The notes beneath the pieces are model-generated. The model was not told the origin of the DNA. It saw only the letters and a list, made by a program, of their open reading frames with translations, and did not search any database. Below, piece by piece: positions 24,302-37,726 of a stretch of 64,000 bases of DNA. Position numbers and translations under genes: made by a program. How positions within the stretch are numbered: position 1 is the first letter of the stretch; every line of letters starts with the position of its first letter. Location: NCBI GenBank assembly GCA_904063045.1, contig CAJFCJ010000012.1, positions 1,612,001 through 1,676,000 on the forward strand, given 5' to 3'. The DNA comes from Dimorphilus gyrociliatus (lineage: Eukaryota; Animalia; Annelida).

Positions 24302-25215
24302 GGATAATGTTTAAGATACACTCATTTACATATTCCTTTTGTCCAAATATTATTTATTGTTTAAGAAAAGTAATTTGCATACAAATACACTGTTAAGACA
24401 TTATGAACTGAGAGTTGGAGTGTTTAATATATATATATAAATTTATATACTGGGTGCGCATACGGTATGTGAGGAGCTAATCCGTTCGCCATCACGCAAT
24501 GCGTTTCCCCCCGCCGGTCGAATATGTCATAATTTTTTAAAAGCGATCGATCGCTTCCGTCCGAAAGCGATCGATTAATACCCGTTAATGAAAAACAAAA
24601 AAACTTTCGCAGCATCGAAAAAATATATCAACGGTCCTGAAAAAAAATCAATAAATCGCGTGCGTCGACTAAATCAATCGTAGGCCAACCTCCATCCATC
24701 TCAGAGACGTCGCTCGCTTGTCAAGAGAAGGCGACCATTATATATAGAGAGCGCGCGAAATTCGTTAGCGATCTATTCTGATTAGTCTGCAGCGTTTTTG
24801 CAGGAGGAAAAAAACGATCATTGGACAATTGCAGTCATTGCACTTTCTATTGGCGTTGAGTAGTGTAGCAGGAGGCGGGAAGAAAATGAATTGGCCAAGT
24901 TACCATAGCGACGTTAAACCAATTGAGAACGCTGGGCGTCGAGTAGTGCAGTGCGCGGCGGTTTAGTCTCAACTAATGACTCGCTTTACTGTGTTAGGCC
25001 CGCGGCGTTTCTCCACTGACCGTCTATCGCGTTTTTTTTTTAGCAGTGGCACGTCTACATAATTCATCATTGCCACATCTATGCACAAATCACTTCCTCG
25101 TTCAGTTCAGTCACGTTCGGTACTTCTCTAAGCGACGCGAATTTAATGAATAATTGTTGTTTTAATACACCAGATGGCGCTTTATTGATTTAGAAAATCG
25201 AAATAGCTACAACTT

Positions 25216-25701
25216 CTAAGGTTTTAGTAAGCCTAATAAAACTGCATCGGCTTCAAGAAGGGTAATGTCTCTAGCAGCTCCCATAAAATAATTAGACAAT
25301 TCTAAATCTCTCAGTCGAAGACGAACTCTAGCTCCTCGTACGTATTCAGCTGATTTGGCTCTAGGCCTTTTGCAGACACAATAGAATTTTCCACCGAAAT
25401 CTATATATAAATCATCTTGGACTACCTCCACAATTTTTCCGTTAACAATCCTGCCATCAGGATCTCCTATTTGAAGATATTTTGATTCACGTAATAGTTT
25501 AGAAAAAGAGTCTGAATTTTTAAGAGAGTGTTGTTCTTTGGTTTCTACTTTATCCAAAACATTTATAACCTTCTCTACGGTTGACGATTTCTCTGTTTCA
25601 GTGGTTTTTTGAGTTGTACAATAGGGATGATTAATTCCGAGAGAATAAACGTACTTCACACCAACACGTGCCGCTTGTTGATATCGCAAGAGCGCAGCCA
25701 T
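25216..25701 (-). CDS. MRPS28: Mitochondrial ribosomal protein S28 (bS1m), single exon
   Basis: [18 protein letters not shown]...[30 protein letters not shown]; start MAALLR. Confidence 0.95.
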   Translation of the reverse strand: MAALLRYQQAARVGVKYVYSLGINHPYCTTQKTTETEKSSTVEKVINVLDKVETKEQHSLKNSDSFSKLLRESKYLQIGDPDGRIVNGKIVEVVQDDLYIDFGGKFYCVCKRPRAKSAEYVRGARVRLRLRDLELSNYFMGAARDITLLEADAVLLGLLKP

Positions 25702-26356
25702 TTTTTCAGATATCACTAAATCTCCTGCTAGGCAACTGGTAGTCAGTACATTTAATTTATGAAAAATCCTAAATTGTGACTAGAGATTAAAGTTGTATCA
25801 TATTCAATGTAAATATAATAAATAAGTACCTTTCATTTAAAAAAAACTAGACAAGAAAGTAAAATTTCAGTAAAAATCTTGTAATATTCCATTTCATAAA
25901 AAGATGTACATCTTTTAGTATATCCATTAAGGAAAGCAGTGGTATTTTTAAACAACACTGCTAAGAGAATTACACAGCATTATTATAGTAGTCTACTTCT
26001 CATTTCATAATATTTCATAACAAAACGGTCCGCAAGTGACGATTGGAATTTAGTGATTCCCTTAGAAAGGAGAATCACCTTTCTGACGTAAGATTGGGGT
26101 CAACCAATAACTAACTAGAATTTCTATCACGTGACCTCTAATGTAAGTGTGTTGTGTTTTGCAAACCAGCTAGACAGTGTATTTGGTTAAAAACAGAATT
26201 GTTGTGTTGTATTTTAATCTTTTATTTTTTTTGCTCAAACTGAATTATACCAATCTTTTAAACCAATAAATTGTAGTGAAATCAAGGTAATTTACTCAGA
26301 ATAATTTTCGCAAGTCATTTTGCTTATATCGTCAATTAATTCTCAGAGAAAGTTAA

Positions 26357-26877
26357 TATGGAATCAACGTCCAATCAAACTGCGCCGAAATTATGTGTAA
26401 TGGGTTGTGGCTTTTACGGCTCGTCCACGATGGAGGGAATGTGTTCTAGATGTTACAAAGATCTTAGCAAGCAGCCTCAGGCCAGTAAAGGTTTGTAGAC
26501 AAATGTAATTTTTTTTACCCTGATATTTATTGGACTATTTGTACCACAATAAAGAGTCTTCGGTTGGACAAGACGCTTCAGACTTAGTTGAAAAGCTGAC
26601 TGTATCGCCCAAAGAACCAGAGTGTGCAGAAGAGGTCGAGGAGTCAATGACAGTTGAAAAGAAAGAAGACACGAAAAAAAAACGTAGTAACCGCTGTAAA
26701 GAATGTAGAAAGAAAGTAGGGCTAACTGGATTTAGCTGCAGATGCGGTGGTCTATACTGCAGTTTACACCGTTACTCGAATGAACACGCCTGCACATATG
26801 ATTATAAAGAATCAGGTGCTGAAGAAATCCGAAAAGCTAATCCGGTTGTCGAAGCCAAGAAAATAATAAAAATTTGA
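26357..26877 (+). CDS. ZFAND5/6: A20/AN1 zinc finger protein (exons 26357-26490 and 26555-26877)
   Basis: A20 finger [23 protein letters not shown] (exon missed by the ORF track) and AN1 finger [34 protein letters not shown]. Confidence 0.93.
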
Positions 26878-28681
26878 AACGAACGACCTTTTACCTCTTC
26901 CACATGGCATTATACAGACCTATTCATTTTACATAATAAATTCTACCAGTTCTTGTTTCTTTTGTTTACTTCACTATACAATTTCATCCAGAACAATCGT
27001 AAATAACCTTGCGCAAAAATAATACTAAGGTGTACTGACGTCAAAACACCTGACTCATCGCTTAGTCACTATATACTGACAATACTATTTTTTGTTATCG
27101 TTTTTTATTTATTGGTAATATTTATGGAAAAAAAAACAACTCTGTAATAAATATACACTTTCATAATCTATTACACGCTTAATCGATCAATTTTAACCAT
27201 AGTATGACTATATTTTATGAATTGTTTTTAAGTTGTACTATAACCTCTTATTTTCTACTTTGGCATAGGAAAGTAGAAAAAGGGACTACAAACCAGTTTA
27301 ATATTGTGTGGTTAAAGCTAAAAATAGGAAGCAATAGAATTGACAGTCACGTTAACTCTGCCCGGCTTTAAATGCTGACTTACTTCAGATTATCCGAGGT
27401 AAGTGACGTTTTTGCTCAGCAGAATTCATTACATCGTTATTTTTGGCTTTGGCCAACAACGCTTACGGCTAGTTCAATTTTGCACTACCCCCTTTACCTG
27501 ACATTTATGCACCTTTCACATAGCAGTAAAAATGACATTAAAATAGATTAAAATATATGTCCGAACTATAAACAAGGAAACCATCTTAACTCGTGTGCTG
27601 TCATCCAGTTTTGTTTATTCTATTATGATCACGAAGCGATTACCTCATCAAATATCATCTAAGTTCAGTACAGGCTAAACAAATAACTGGTAATGTTTGC
27701 TATCGTTGTTGCACCGACAGTAAAAAAAAAAGAAAAAAAGGCGAGAGTATTGTGAGAATAACACTACTAATTCAATAATTGAAAACATTCTATTTGCCTT
27801 TCGAAACCATGTTCCATTTTGTTATTAAAACGTTTTCTTCCAACTCGCCAAAGTTCGAATTGTCTTTCGCTAAATTCTTTTAAACATACTAACAAATAAA
27901 CATAGTTTACATAGTATTCACAATTGATACATAGTATCTATTTATATATTATTATGATCTAGATAAAATAGAATTAACGTCACTTTTATTATGACGTTCA
28001 ATTTTATTAGGTTCATACTATATATAGTAGTTTTTATTTGAACATGTAAACAGTACGACAAATAAATACCATATAATGTGTATGAAGAATTAGGACAGCC
28101 TATTTAGTTGGATTTTACGGCGACTCAAACCTAAGAGGATTACTAAAGCTTGCTAAAACTGCAAGATATGACAAAAGCAGTATAAAACATACAGTAGCAT
28201 ACTTTCGTCAATTTTTTTATCAAAATGTCCACCAGGTGGAGGTAGCTCTTAAACTATTAGCGACATCTACATGCCCGTTTTTATAGGCATTTCTTCGAAA
28301 GTAACTTATCTTAATTTGATGTGATCTGTTGATATAGGGAAAGTGTGAAATTTTCCGTGATTAATAAGATTAGATTGTTAAACAGAAGGAGAAATGTATA
28401 TACTTTAAAGATGCTTTTCAAAAGTTGAAAGTTTTCCTCAACTAAACAACCAGTATTAAATATGGGCGATTTTATTCAGCATTCCAAGGTACTCTCTAAA
28501 ATATCTATAGGTTAAGAAAAAAGTATAAAACGGGGCAATTTAAAAAAAAGAAATTAACAAAAGTATCAACAACAACAACAGTCGATTGTCTCTGAGATTG
28601 TCAAAGGCATTTGGATAAGTCTTCCTAGAAATGAAAAGATAGGGACGATTAACTACGATAATCATTTCTTTCTACTGCAAT

Positions 28682-31600
28682 CTAATAATACGATTCAAAC
28701 TCTATCCAGCCTCTTGGATATTTTCTTAGTAGGTATTTACGAACTTCATCGTAGACAAAAATTAGCAGGGAAAAGGGTATAGGAGGTATCCACCAGGTCC
28801 ATCTTAGCGGATACATTCTTAATCCTTTATCTAAGCCTGGGCAATAAGCCAAAAATGCCGCTAAGGCCGTCTCGAAGAACAATCCGAATGTTAAGTGATT
28901 GTTAAACATTCCTTGATGAATTATTGAATTTCTTCTAGTCTTACAGATACATAAATCGGCCCATTGTACGATTACAATGGAAACAAAGAATGCAGTGTGA
29001 CAGGTATATTCGGCTACTTTTCTCTGGGCGTACGTCCACTGCTGCCCGTAAGAGTCTTCTAAATTGCTTATGCTTTTCGAATCCCATTCTCTGCGAATAC
29101 CAACTAAACGACTTGGCCAAAAACCCAATTCTGAAAAGATGACAAAATAAACGAAAAAACCAGCAGAGGCTTGCATCATTCCAATTTGACCGTATGCCAT
29201 ACTAATGAGCCTGTAATTGACGAGTTTGTCGTGAATTGGATCGCGGGGTTTTCTTTTCATTATGTCTGACTCAGCTTGTTCATATGCCAAAGAGATCGCC
29301 GGTACCAAATCAGTTCCAAGGTCTATACAAAGGATAGTAATTGTTCCAAGGGGTAATGGTATATCTAAGCATATGAACATTAGGAAAGGCGATATTTCCG
29401 GAATGTTTGATGTTAGTGTGTAAGCTATACTCTTTTTCAAATTGTCGAAAATTAAGCGTCCCTCCTCTACGCCCGTGACGATTGACGCAAAGTTGTCATC
29501 CAACAGAATCATATCAGCAGCCTGCTTTGAAACGTCCGAACCTGCAATTCCCATGGCAACACCAATATCTGCTTTCTTGAGGGCAGGAGAATCATTAACG
29601 CCATCCCCGGTTACAGCCACTATTTGACCTTGCCTTTGACAACCTTCGACTATAATAAGCTTTTGTTGAGGTGAGGTCCGAGCAAAAACAATTTCCGAAT
29701 GATTTCGTAGAATATCGTCAATTTGCGCCGGGACCATGTCTCTCAAATCCGATCCATGAACAACACATGCCTCTGCATCTCTTGGATTAACGTCACTAAT
29801 TGATACATTTAGTCTTTGCGCAATGTCTTCAACAGTTTCCTTTCCTTCCGAAATGATACCCACTCCTTTCGCAATAGCCTTGGCTGTAATTGGGTGATCT
29901 CCAGTTACCATAATGACTTTAATACCAGCCGACCGACATTTCGCAACAGCGTCAGGTACAGCGGCTCTAGGTGGATCAATCATAGACATAAGACCAACGA
30001 ATCTTAAACCTGTAAGCGTAAAATTCTCTGGTTCAGTATCGAATTTAAAATCTGGTGGGAATTGGTCTCCCGGCAAGAAATAATCGCAAAAACCCAAAAC
30101 CCTTTCCCCTAAACCCCCTAATTCTAAGTAGGCTTGGTTGAAAGCCTCTCTCCACTCATCTGATAAAGGTTTCTCCTCGTTGTGCACTAAAATTGAGGTG
30201 CACCTATCGAGAATTCTTTCAGGGGCACCTTTCATCACCAGCAGGTAACGAGAGTCATCCTTGTTGTCAGTTTCATGAATGGAAACCTGATATTTATTTG
30301 TAGAATTAAAAGGAATTTCGCAGATTTTTCTATTCCTTTCTCTAAACTCTGTTACATTTCCAATTGACAATTCAACACACTTTAAAAGGGCCGATTCAGA
30401 AGCATCTCCATTACAGTCCCTCTTCAAGACGGGAATACCTCCCTGACCAGATTTAAATTCAGCCCTATTACACAACATAGCAATTCTAGCTAAAGCCATC
30501 CAAGTAGGAGAGTCCTTATCATAAGTTGCATTAGTTTGTTCTTCCGACGTATCTGATTCATAGATTCTATTATCAAACCACATATGAGCGACAGTCATTC
30601 GATTTTGGGTCAATGTGCCTGTTTTGTCTGAGCAGATGGTTGATGTTGAACCAAGAGTTTCAACAGCTTCTAAATTTTTCACCAAGCAATTCTTGCTAGC
30701 CATTCTCTTGGCTGTCAGAGTTAGACAGACCGTAACAGTAGCTAGTAAACCTTCAGGAACGTTAGCTACGATGATACCAATAAGAAATATAACAGCTTCT
30801 AACCAGTCATAGCCAAGTATAAAAGCAATTACAAAGAATGAAATTCCCAGGAACACTGCAACAGCAGTTATAATGTGTATAAAATGGGTAATTTCCTTTG
30901 CAATCGGAGTCTCTCCCATTTCCAAGCCAGATGCCAGATTTGCTATTCTTCCCATAACTGTTTTATCGCCAGTTTGAACTATGACACCTTGAGCTGTTCC
31001 CTCTACAGCATTAGTTGAAAAGAAAGCCAAATTCCTTGTTTCGAGAGGATTTTCACTTGTACAATCGGCTCCACGAGATTGAGGTTCAGACTCTCCTGTT
31101 AGAGAAGAGTTGTCGACTTTAAAACCGTGAGAACTGACAATTCGAATATCAGCTGGTACGCGATCTCCGAATTTTACTTCAATTAGATCTCCAAGAACCA
31201 GCTCTTCGGCGTGAACCGTAAGCTTTTCACCATTTCTGATAACGATTGCGTATTGAGGTACCAAATTTTTAAATGAATCCATAATCCTTGATGATTTTGC
31301 CTCTTGATAATATGAAAAGCATCCAGTAACAACAACAACAGCCGTTAGAACAATTCCAAGGTATAAATTATCTCCTGGAGGATCTTCATCAGTAGAAGCC
31401 AGAATGGAATAGGCAACAAAGCAAAGAATAGCTCCGATCCAAAGAAGCATTGAGAAACCACCAAACATTTTTTTACAAAACTTGACCCATTCAGGAGTAG
31501 TTTTTGGAGGAGTTAGCTCATTGGGTCCATCCCTTTCCAGAATTTCTTTTGCTTTTTCAGGTTTCATACCCTATTAAGGTAATTAGGTAGTCTACGCTAT

Positions 31601-32249
31601 GTGTTGTATAGAACAACTTGATAAAAAGCAACTTACAGTTTTAGGATCAGTTCCATATCTTTCAAAAAGTTCTTCTAATGGAATTTGGTGTTCATCCTTT
31701 AATAAGAAAAGAAAGTGTAAGAATTTTTATTTTCTAGATAGAAGCACTTGCCATTTCCAATTCTTGCTTTAAATCATCTAAATCTTCCTTCCTTTTTTGT
31801 TTCTTCTTCTTGCCTCTACCCTTTTTCTCAATATCATTCTCCGGCAGATCTTGGACATCATCCTGGTTTTCCGCCAGTTTTTCATCCTAAAAAAGTAATA
31901 TTAATAATGTTGTGATTTCTATTCTTAAATTAGAATAGTCAGCTGATATAATTTATGAATATTGAATAGAAAGAAGAATGGAAAAATGTTGATAATTTTA
32001 CGAGTCGAAGTTTTTATGTATATAATATGTAAGTATATTCAATATGTACCTTCCGATAATGATTTCACTTTCTTACAAGAGTCATTTCTTGCGAAATGCA
32101 GAATGCATTATAAGTTTAATTAACAACATATGAACCGGCATATTCTTTACTTTTACCTATCTTATCACTATAGACTATCACCATGCGTGTGATAAGATAT
32201 TGATAAATTTTTATCGTCACCTCTTTTCCCTTGGCTATTTCCACAGACG
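28682..32249 (-). CDS. ATP1A: Na+/K+-ATPase alpha subunit (exons 32249-32221, 31886-31752, 31696-31637, 31570-28682)
   Basis: DKTGTLT phosphorylation site, [28 protein letters not shown] and C-terminal ESYY. 5' exons join in frame; the first-exon assignment ([11 protein letters not shown]) is less certain. Confidence 0.97.
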
Positions 32250-33640
32250 CCATTTTGAAATCGCAATGTCTTGGACTGCAACGCTTTTAGAAAGAGTAGC
32301 GGACGTGACGCTATAAATGGCCGTTTTTTAATATTCAAATAGGACGTCATTTTTCTTTTCTGTAATGATAAGCAGTGAGTTCGGAAAGGGTCATTTGAAT
32401 GACATTCTTATATCATTTCCGTCTGGAAATTTGAATAAGGGAGTTTTATTTCCCAGTCAGATTTGAGCCGACAATTAATTAATGAAGTCTAAAAGAATAA
32501 AATAATTGACCCAATACAATAAATTGACGAATTAAAACGATTTCAATTTACTTAGAAAAGAAAAATTACCCTTTTTAAGAAGTAATTAAATGATGATGAA
32601 GATATACCGAGCAATTTAAAATTTGGCAATTAAGCCAGCTAATTATAAGTTTCTTTTTTTAGCATTAATTTCCTTTTCTATCATTTAAAGTAGAAGGAAT
32701 GAACATAAATGAATTTAGTGGTTGAATAGGACAAATTTAATATTAATAAAAAGTATATAGTATACAGGAGGTTTGTAAATAATATAGAGGTTATATGAAA
32801 TATTTTCTATTTAAATTTACATCAAATATAGACATATGTAAAGTTTTTCTATTGAACATTTATTCTCTTTTATCGAATTGTTCTTAAAACATTTCCTCTC
32901 AACAATTTATCATAAAATTCTATAGATGTTTGATAAAGTAATATAGTATTTACATATCGATACTCTCATCTTATGTTATTTACTTTGTACATAAAAATGC
33001 TTGCATAGTCTATTTACAGCAATTAGCAAAATCTAATCGAAAAGAAAAGAAAAACCGCCTTTTATATTAATCAGTGTTTCGGTAGTGTTTTAGATCTTAA
33101 GATACTACATAAAAATAAAGGGGAGTCTAATTAGACGCTTTTGCTTTTCTCTGCTTTTTCATTAATGTTTCTTACGAGAAACCTTCTAAGAGTAAAGACT
33201 ATTCCCCGTTCGTAAAAAGGCCTAATAATTAATAAATTCAAAGGAACAATTTTAGCGCTGTGAGGATAAAAACGTTCTCTGTCCGATGAATAGAAAATAT
33301 TTTAGATGGGTTTTCTGAGTGCAAAACGCTGATAAAGAGGGAAAAATTGAGGGAAACTTGTTAGATCGATAAGGACTTTGCCTAGAGAATAGTTTGTTCC
33401 GATGACACCTTCTATAAGGTCGACTGAATAAAAGGTTCTATTTTATCCTTAGCATACTTCTTATCCGTGAAAATCAAGGTCAGCTGAGACGTTTTCATCG
33501 GCTAAATTTGTTTTATTTTTTTGAGAAGAAAAGCAGAAATAGACAAAAAAAACCTTTTCGTCTATACTGAAAACATTTTTGTCTGTTCTAATGTTTTACC
33601 TAGGCCTACAAGAGGCATAAAAAAGGTAAAAAACATTGCT

Positions 33641-34630
33641 TTATACTATTTTACAGTGTACTATGAGACCGCAGCATTTTTTAGTTATTTTTTCGATTGA
33701 TTCACCAATATTCCGTTTTATTTGATTCCTCATCATTTTATCATTAGCTCTTTGTAATTTGTCCATAGTTATCGGTCCCGCTTCCCAATATAAAGGAAAT
33801 TGTAGTTGGTAAATTTTGGTGGGATAAGCGTCCTTTCTTCTCTTTCCGTGGGCGTTTCCTTGTATTGATAGCTTATCGAGCACAGTTTCCTCAATTCTAT
33901 TTACTATTAAAGTTAGCATGGAGGTGGGAGATCTATAAAGTTGATCATTGTGTTGGAAATGAAAAGATTTGCCTACCGGTAACGAAAATCTTTGTAGGGA
34001 AGTTTCCAAGTCTTCAATACCCTTTATGAAATTATCAATAAGATCCTTAGTTCTTAGACAATTGTTAATACATTCAAACGATGTTGGAATGATGAAATTC
34101 TGCTCTCCTCCTGTAAGGAATCGAAGTAAGCAACCGTATTCGCGTGTAAGAAATGGTTTTTCGTAATCCCTAATCGGTTCAATGACCTTTATATTTCTTT
34201 TCCTATCTAAACAACGAAGAATCTCTTCACACATTACCAAAACTAACCTACGAAGAGGTTGCATTACAGAATAATCCTCGGTAGACGGTATCTCATTGGC
34301 AATTAAAGCCAAGCATTTAACAAGAATAACGCCGTTCAACCTATTCGATTTTGTCGTCCTGAGGCGTTCCTCGACGCTCTCGGTTAAGAAAATCATTTTA
34401 CGAACGGCCTTGAGGCAAGTTACTATTCTGTCGGCACTTTCGAGCAATTGGTTTTGAAAGATAGTTCTATGCTTAAACCTTTCGTCGGTTCGTTCGTCAG
34501 CCCTGTTGGTATGTGAACCAATTTTGTTTCTTGTTTTGGTCCATCTAACACTCCCATTATATATTGGTGAAAATTTGTTTTTATTTAAGCCTGTCTGCTT
34601 TACTAGGTTCTTTTTAGTATTATTTTTCAT
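33641..34630 (-). CDS. Uncharacterised single-exon protein, predicted largely helical
   Basis: 329-aa ATG-initiated ORF with coding-like composition; no family recognised. Confidence 0.6.
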   Translation of the reverse strand: MKNNTKKNLVKQTGLNKNKFSPIYNGSVRWTKTRNKIGSHTNRADERTDERFKHRTIFQNQLLESADRIVTCLKAVRKMIFLTESVEERLRTTKSNRLNGVILVKCLALIANEIPSTEDYSVMQPLRRLVLVMCEEILRCLDRKRNIKVIEPIRDYEKPFLTREYGCLLRFLTGGEQNFIIPTSFECINNCLRTKDLIDNFIKGIEDLETSLQRFSLPVGKSFHFQHNDQLYRSPTSMLTLIVNRIEETVLDKLSIQGNAHGKRRKDAYPTKIYQLQFPLYWEAGPITMDKLQRANDKMMRNQIKRNIGESIEKITKKCCGLIVHCKIV

Positions 34631-34978
34631 TTTTAATAGTCTATAACCGTTATCGGCAGCTGTATATATAAATGTGAATAGTTATTACGCAATTGTCTTC
34701 TATCTGGTTGTGTTTCAGCTAGTTTGCTAAAAAAAAAAGGAGAAACTTTGTCTTTTTATATTTTAACTGTAAGTAATTTTGTTATTTGAAATGGAAAAGA
34801 TAACATTGTACGCTATTTTTCACTTATTACTCGTAGGCCTATTAGAATCTTAATAAAATACTGCACTGTATTTATTTAGATTTTTCTATTTTACTGTACA
34901 ACTTATTTAGATGATCTCAGCCTATTTACAAGTTTAAATACATTTGGCATTAAGAAGGTCTTAAAAAGGAAAACAAAA

Positions 34979-37726
34979 TTAGACGCTGTCCACTTCTATT
35001 TCTTTACCATAACGCAATAAGGCATCGCTTTCCTCTTCCAGACCTTCATCATCTTCTTCATTGCAGTAATACTCATTAATAGTCCGTAAATTTGGCAGTG
35101 TGCCAGAGGCCGGAGGGGTTCTCGGCCTCCTTGCAGGCCTCTTAACCGTTTGAATACGGCCACAGCCACAGCAGCTGGATGGTACCCGGAGTGTTGTTAA
35201 ACATTCAGAAATCACTGGATTCCTCGGTTGATCGCTGCTTCTATCTGTGAGAGTCGATGCTAGGGTCGATTGACTGCATGCCAATGATGTTCCACCCGAG
35301 GAACATTCAGATAGAGGCCGCCTACACATTCGTAAACGAGCATGTGCGCAAACTGTTGATACAGTTCCTGCACCAAGCAAAGCAGATTTGTTAACCAACC
35401 GACTAAACCGATTGGCCCTAATAAGGCAAACAGCAACAATACATGACAAAAGTAGGCAAAAGGTCCCTAGAACAGACGGTATAATGATGGACAAATTATT
35501 TGTCTTATTTCGAACAGTAGGGGATGTAGGTATTCTGATTTGTCTTCTGCGCCATTCATCCAGGGTTCTATATGGAGGTTTGTGTTTACCCTGCAAATCA
35601 ACAGTGGTCTTGTGACTAAATGATTTAGTTTCTTCTTCGTCCTCTTCTTCATCTTTATCTTCATCTTCATTAATAGCTCCTTCTCGCTCTTCACACTCAA
35701 TTTCGTCTGAGCCGTCCGAACAATGCCAAATTCCATCGCACTTTAAGTGCCTATCAACACAAATTGACTGCTTCTTACATAATATATCTCCTTGCCTGTG
35801 ACATTGGCCCTTAGAATCTACATAGTCGAAACCAACAAAAACTGCTTCAAAGTAATCATTATGATTAACAAAACCATCTAATTCTAATCTTAGACCTTTA
35901 GTAGAATTGAAACTTGGTAAACGATCAAGAATGATACGTTTAGGTTCTAGTTGAGCTATCAGATTTGAATAGCTCAGTATACCTGACTTTATGTTTATGG
36001 TTGCGTTACTGCTTTTAGAAGTAGACATACTAGTCAAGCGCACAGAAACCGAATGCCTAGATGTCAGATTATGAAAAAGCCAGTAGCAGGAATAAAACCC
36101 ATCTTCACGAGGTTCAAATTTCAATTCGGCTGCCGGATTATATTTGAAAGCGCGACCACAATCTGTCGAGGGTTGTTTTATCCATTGATCCTCTTCAGTA
36201 AAGTAATATCGAAACCCAAAACCAATATCTGACGCCAAATTAACGACACTCTGGTCTGGTACGAATATTATGGTAACAGAATTAGAGTTTACTTGCAAAA
36301 GAGGCCTATGCCTTGAACCAACTAGCTTTAATAGAGGTTCACTTTTAAAAGTATTGTAAATCTGCCAGGAAAAATACGAAATATTGAGTATAAAGGCCAG
36401 ATGCTGGGAAAAATAACTTACGGCTACTTTAGAGGTATAATATAACTCCCAGTCAACGAACTCGATCCTTGTATTCAGATTTGCATTTGAGCTTTCAATT
36501 TTATACGTGTAGATCTCGGAAGAAAGAGCATAACCAAGGGGAAAATTTGGGGACGTTATTAAGGTATTTAACGCCTCTTTATCACCATATAAATACTCCT
36601 TTTCTGTTTTTAAACAAAACGAAACAACATAAAAGAAATTAATACAATACATAATTAGAATTAATATTAATATCTAAATAGAGTATTTGTGGTTAACATT
36701 AAGCTTTTGTTTATGTTTTGTCTTGTTTTTCCTTCAAATAGAATAGTTAAATAAAACGAGGATTGATTACAAGACAGCCAAAAGGTCATTTCGTGAGGAA
36801 TAGGCATAATTACCCTTTTTATATGTAAAAAAAAAATAACTATGTTATACAGTATGAATAATATACTAACTATAGACGGAGTATTTTAGTTCCGTCTCGA
36901 AAGGAAATCCCGATGAGACGCATGATTCTATCGTTAATCTATTCGATATCGTTTCAAATTTAGCAAATTTCTCTTTGGCAACAAAATTTGAGGTATAAGG
37001 GTAGTAATCTTCATATATAATAAGGCCGTTACAGCTGCAAAATTAAAAAAAAAATGAGAGAAATAATAGAAGGATGATGTAAATTATATTAATAAGTAAT
37101 GGATTACGAAAGGGCCCAACAATGATGCATAGAAATATTTGTATATATAGATGCAGAATGCGGTATATGCAATATACTAATATATATTTACTGTATATAT
37201 TGTATATATAACTATTCATTACTATATATACAATACAAATTGTAAACTGTAAACATATACATAATATATATTTTAATCTACATCTCTAATTACATATATA
37301 CAACTTATATAGTATATATTCATATAAGAGCCTATAAATATATAAATTATTCTATTTGTTCTTTATTAACGAATAGGACACTTACTTTTTTGTACATTTC
37401 TTTCCCGAACACTCCTCGTTCTTTGTCACGTTTTTTAGTCTGACAACTTGAACGATAAATCTACAATCATCGCATCCCACTAATTTCGTTCGACACGGCA
37501 GATGGCTTGAGAATAGGAGGCTACCGGAAGACGACAAATTTTGCGTTGCTGTCCAATTAGTTGTGCGACACAAGTCCAACGAATATTCCCCTAGAGAGTT
37601 TTAGAATAATGAAAAGCATTCATATACTCTTTTCGACACGTTCTCACTCGTAGGAGGCTTACCGATGCAAACGAATGGAAATTGAGATAAGATTAGATAG
37701 ATGAAGATTAGGCTCAAATCCAGCAT
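34979..37726 (-). CDS. Type I membrane protein: signal peptide, multiple CUB-like domains, LDLa, TM, cytoplasmic tail (Neto/LEV-10/Culd-like architecture)
   Basis: Signal exon MLDLSLIFIYLILSQFPFVCIG (37726-37663), CUB-like exons near 37590-37387 and 37035-36874, CUB motifs ITSPNFPLGY and CYWLF, LDLa CVDRHLKCDGIWHCSDGSDEIEC, TM IIIPSVLGTFCLLLSCIVAVCLI. A non-coding-looking GT-AG intron near 38256-38182 suggests upstream 5'UTR exons. The junction into the last large exon was not resolved. Confidence 0.8.

Noticed and set aside
24837-24858. miR-92-like ATTGCACTT
   Set aside because: Only the seed matches, and there is no pre-miRNA hairpin.
29442-30812. Plus-strand ORFs opposite ATP1A (and similar antisense ORFs over ATF6, MAP1, beta-catenin, Roco and the GPCR)
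   Set aside because: Shadow ORFs caused by sense-strand codon structure; no protein-like signal.
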